A stretch of DNA of 64,000 nucleotides from Terriglobia bacterium (lineage in GTDB: Bacteria; Acidobacteriota; Terriglobia; Acidiferrales; UBA7541), in NCBI GenBank assembly GCA_963695545.1, contig OY968796.1, positions 2,784,001 through 2,848,000 of the forward strand, in the 5' to 3' direction. Positions 61,250-64,000 of this stretch are shown piece by piece; the first letter of the stretch is position 1; each line of letters starts with the position of its first letter. Under the pieces are notes generated by a model. The model ran no database searches and had not been told where the DNA came from. It worked only from the letters and a program-made list of their open reading frames with translations. The translations under genes and the position numbers were made by a program.

Positions 61250-62320
61250 ATGCGGCCAGAACAATGGGAAACATTCAAGCGAGCGGCGCGCCGCGAAAAG
61301 ATGGACAAGATTCCGATGGCGCTGATCATCGACAGCCCATGGATTCCCGGGTACCTCGGAATCAAACACCTGGACTATTTCCTCGATCCTGAGCTCTGGT
61401 ACCGATCGAACCTGAAGATCATGGAGGAATTTCCCGACATCATCTTCGTCCCGTCGTGGTGGATGGAATACGGGATGGCGGCTGAGCCTTCCGTGCTCGG
61501 CAGCAAAATAAAATTTTGGCAGGACAATACTCCGAGTGAATACCACACGCTGCAACGCCTCGAAGATATCGATGAGTTCCCTGAGTACGAGGTCGAGGCG
61601 GATGCGTTCGCCGGTCTGACGTTGCATCGCATCGGAATGCATAAACAGCGTATTTTGGACGCCGGCTACATCCTTCCGATGGTCACGTCACGAGGCCCGT
61701 TGTGCACCGCGGGATTTGTGCGCGGAACTACAAAATTCATGATCGATCTTGTAGAAGATCCGAAGGGCGCGCACAGACTCATTGACCTTTGCACGCGCGT
61801 GATCATCGACTGGCTGAAGGCGCAGCAAAAAGTGATGGGCGATACGGTGGAGAGCATTTTTATTCTCGACGACATCGTTGGATTCATCAACGAGGAGCAT
61901 TACCTGGAGTATGCGCATCCTTACTTGAAGCGCATCTGCGACGCGTTCCCGAAAGATTGGGTGAAGGTCTATCACAACGACGCAGAAGTCGACGCGTGCC
62001 TCGATCACCTGCCGGACACCGGATTCACCGTGCTCAATTGGGGCAAGCAGCGGCACATCACCGAAGTGAAGAAGCGCGTGGGAGACAGGATGTGCCTGAT
62101 GGGCAATGTGAATCCTCTCGAAATCGGAGTTCGCGGTACGCCCGAAGAAGTGAGAGACGAAACTCTCGAAGTGCTGGAAGGCTCGGGCGGCGAGGGAATC
62201 ATTCTGTCCGTGGGCGGCGGCACAAGCCCGGGCATGCCGCGCGAAAATATCGTGGCCATGCTCGAGGCACTGAATGAATTTAACGGGCGGCGCTCCGGCA
62301 GCCGCGTTGCGAGCCGCTGA
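61250..62320 (+). CDS. Uroporphyrinogen-decarboxylase-fold methyltransferase (MtaA/CmuA-like)
   Basis: SRGPLCTA..RG, LDD, YHND, CLMGNVNP..GTPEEV..ILSVGGG..P.EN; next to a corrinoid protein. Confidence 0.85.
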   Translation: MRPEQWETFKRAARREKMDKIPMALIIDSPWIPGYLGIKHLDYFLDPELWYRSNLKIMEEFPDIIFVPSWWMEYGMAAEPSVLGSKIKFWQDNTPSEYHTLQRLEDIDEFPEYEVEADAFAGLTLHRIGMHKQRILDAGYILPMVTSRGPLCTAGFVRGTTKFMIDLVEDPKGAHRLIDLCTRVIIDWLKAQQKVMGDTVESIFILDDIVGFINEEHYLEYAHPYLKRICDAFPKDWVKVYHNDAEVDACLDHLPDTGFTVLNWGKQRHITEVKKRVGDRMCLMGNVNPLEIGVRGTPEEVRDETLEVLEGSGGEGIILSVGGGTSPGMPRENIVAMLEALNEFNGRRSGSRVASR

Positions 62321-62340
62321 CAGGGGCAAAGGAGAGCAGC

Positions 62341-62982
62341 ATGCCCGACTATGCGTTGATGAATCAGTTGCTCTATGAGGGCAACGCCGTCGAAGTGGAG
62401 CGGCTTACGAAAGAGGCTCTCGCCGAAGGGCGTACCGCGCAGGAAATATTGAACGATGGATTGATCGCGGGCATGAGCGTGGTTGGCGAGGATTTTAAGC
62501 ACAACGTGCTTTACGTTCCGGAAGTGCTGATCGCGGCGAGGGCGATGAAAGCGGGCATGGCGGTGCTGAAGCCGTTGCTGAGCGCGAAGGACGGTGGAAC
62601 CAAGCCCAAAGGCGTGCTGCTGATGGGCACGGTTCGAGGCGATCTGCACGACATCGGGAAAAACCTGGTGGGCATGATGGCAGAAGGCGCCGGATTTGAA
62701 GTGCACGACATCGGCGTGGATCAGAGCGTGGAAAAATTCATGGCCGCGGCGGAAAAGTGCAAACCGAACATTATCGGCATGAGCGCGCTTTTGACCACGA
62801 CGATGACGTACATGAAAACGGTGATCGATGGATTTGACGCCGCGGGCCTGACGCACATCCAGATGGCCGTGGGCGGCGCGCCGATCAGCCAGATGTTTGC
62901 CGACGAAATCGGCGCGGATGGTTACGGAGCGAACGCTTCAGCCGCGGTCGATTTATTTTTGCGGCTCACGGTGAAGGTGTAG
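62341..62982 (+). CDS. Corrinoid (B12-binding) protein, MtbC/MttC-type
   Basis: B12 cap domain then GTVRGDLHDIGKNLV, MSALLTTT, VGGAP, IGADGY. Confidence 0.95.
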   Translation: MPDYALMNQLLYEGNAVEVERLTKEALAEGRTAQEILNDGLIAGMSVVGEDFKHNVLYVPEVLIAARAMKAGMAVLKPLLSAKDGGTKPKGVLLMGTVRGDLHDIGKNLVGMMAEGAGFEVHDIGVDQSVEKFMAAAEKCKPNIIGMSALLTTTMTYMKTVIDGFDAAGLTHIQMAVGGAPISQMFADEIGADGYGANASAAVDLFLRLTVKV

Positions 62983-62988
62983 ACGACA

Positions 62989-63243
62989 GTGGCCACGTAC
63001 AAAATTCTTTATTGGCAGGAAATTCCCTCGCAAATCAAGGCCGAGGACGATTCAGACGACGTCACGCTGCCGCTCGATGACAAGTTCGCCGAACAGATCG
63101 ACAAAATGGCCGCGCAAAGAGGATTGACGAGCGCGGACGATTATCTCGCCCAGTGGAAATGGAGCGAGGAAGAAGAGCGCGAAGGTACGGCGCGCGAAGT
63201 AGCGGAAGCAGTGAAGGCGGAGCTTGAAGCGAAGGGCTGGTAG
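62989..63243 (+). CDS. Small Virulence_fact-type protein found in corrinoid methyltransferase clusters
   Basis: LYWQEIPSQI..L..F...ID..A...G...DDYLAQW. Confidence 0.75.
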   Translation: MATYKILYWQEIPSQIKAEDDSDDVTLPLDDKFAEQIDKMAAQRGLTSADDYLAQWKWSEEEEREGTAREVAEAVKAELEAKGW

Positions 63244-63255
63244 GAACTCTCCGGT

Positions 63256-64000
63256 ATGGCAGTGACCCTCACGATCAATGGACAGTCCATCGAGGCGAAT
63301 CCCGCTCTCTCGCTCTTCGACCAGGCCGAAGGCTTGGGCATTGATGTGCCCACTTCTTGCCGGAAGCAAGGCAAATGCAAGGAGTGCATGGTCGAAATTG
63401 TCGCGGGGATGGACGCTCTTTCGCCGCCCACCGCGCCCGAGCAGCATTTGAAAGGGAATTTTCGACTGTCGTGCCAAACGTATGTGACCGCAGAGAGCGG
63501 CGAGGTGCGCTGCCACACTATGCGCCGCGGGCATATGCGCATCGAACGCCATGCGCTCGGACTTCCGAACAGCGATCAGAAAATGAGGCTCGATCCGGCG
63601 GTGACTCGCGACGGAGATCGCATTCTGATTGACGGCGTCGAAGTGGAACGCTCGACCGGACCAATTCACGGCATCGCCATGGACCTTGGCACAACCACGA
63701 TTGTGCTTCGGCTGATCGATCTTGAAAGCGGCGAATTGATTGCGGACGCTTCGTTTGAGAATCCGCAACGATTCGGTGGATCCGACGTGATGGCTCGCAT
63801 CAGTTACGACGGCGAGCATCCCGGAAGACTTTTGATGCGCACGCTCGCGGGATATCTGAGCCACGCGATCGAAAAATTTCCGGTCGATCCAAAAACGATC
63901 TACGAGATGGTGGTGGTGGGCAACTCCACGATGCGCGATCTTTTTTTCCGCAAGAGCGTTTATTCGATTGGGCAGAACCCCTATCGCTCGATTACGGAAA
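63256..64000 (+). CDS. ASKHA-domain reductive activator of corrinoid proteins (RACo-type) with N-terminal [2Fe-2S]; truncated by the window end
   Basis: Manual translation: SCRKQGKCKEC..RLSCQ, AMDLGTTT, ENPQRFGGSDVMARI, VVVGNSTM. Confidence 0.9.
   Translation, partial: MAVTLTINGQSIEANPALSLFDQAEGLGIDVPTSCRKQGKCKECMVEIVAGMDALSPPTAPEQHLKGNFRLSCQTYVTAESGEVRCHTMRRGHMRIERHALGLPNSDQKMRLDPAVTRDGDRILIDGVEVERSTGPIHGIAMDLGTTTIVLRLIDLESGELIADASFENPQRFGGSDVMARISYDGEHPGRLLMRTLAGYLSHAIEKFPVDPKTIYEMVVVGNSTMRDLFFRKSVYSIGQNPYRSITE

Overview
High-GC bacterial chromosomal window whose gene repertoire points to Acidobacteriota (inference): an Oar-like TonB-dependent receptor, an HTH-TM-malectin sensor, a tricorn protease, short type IV pilins and a bactofilin. 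In order it holds a carbohydrate-use locus (TonB receptor, malectin sensor, LacI, MFS, GH2), a glycolate/glyoxylate/glycerate cluster (glcD-glcE-[GNAT]-glcF, divergent from a 2-hydroxyacid reductase, glcG and glycerate kinase), tadA with tRNA-Ser(CGA), YD-repeat and TPR proteins, an orphan nuoI-galT-like-ydcF-like run, two convergent paralogous pilins, a tricorn protease, a hybrid sensor kinase, transporters, and the start of a corrinoid methyltransferase operon (MtaA/UroD-type, corrinoid protein, Virulence_fact-type protein, RACo/ASKHA). I saw no integrase, transposase or CRISPR-cas. The most notable unannotated signals are: (1) two distant copies of a promoter-carrying, AT-rich non-coding element with IHF-like internal repeats (17.36-17.60 kb, 57.29-57.64 kb); (2) a multi-stem leader in front of the corrinoid operon that matches no riboswitch I recognise; (3) a small Sm/Hfq-like plus HTH gene pair behind a hairpin; (4) two tandem secreted His-rich micropeptides missed by the ORF track; (5) twin pilins sharing sigma54 promoters and a conserved 42-bp upstream box; (6) REP-like repeat families and many apparently leaderless genes. 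All family calls come from motifs read by eye; no database searches were run.
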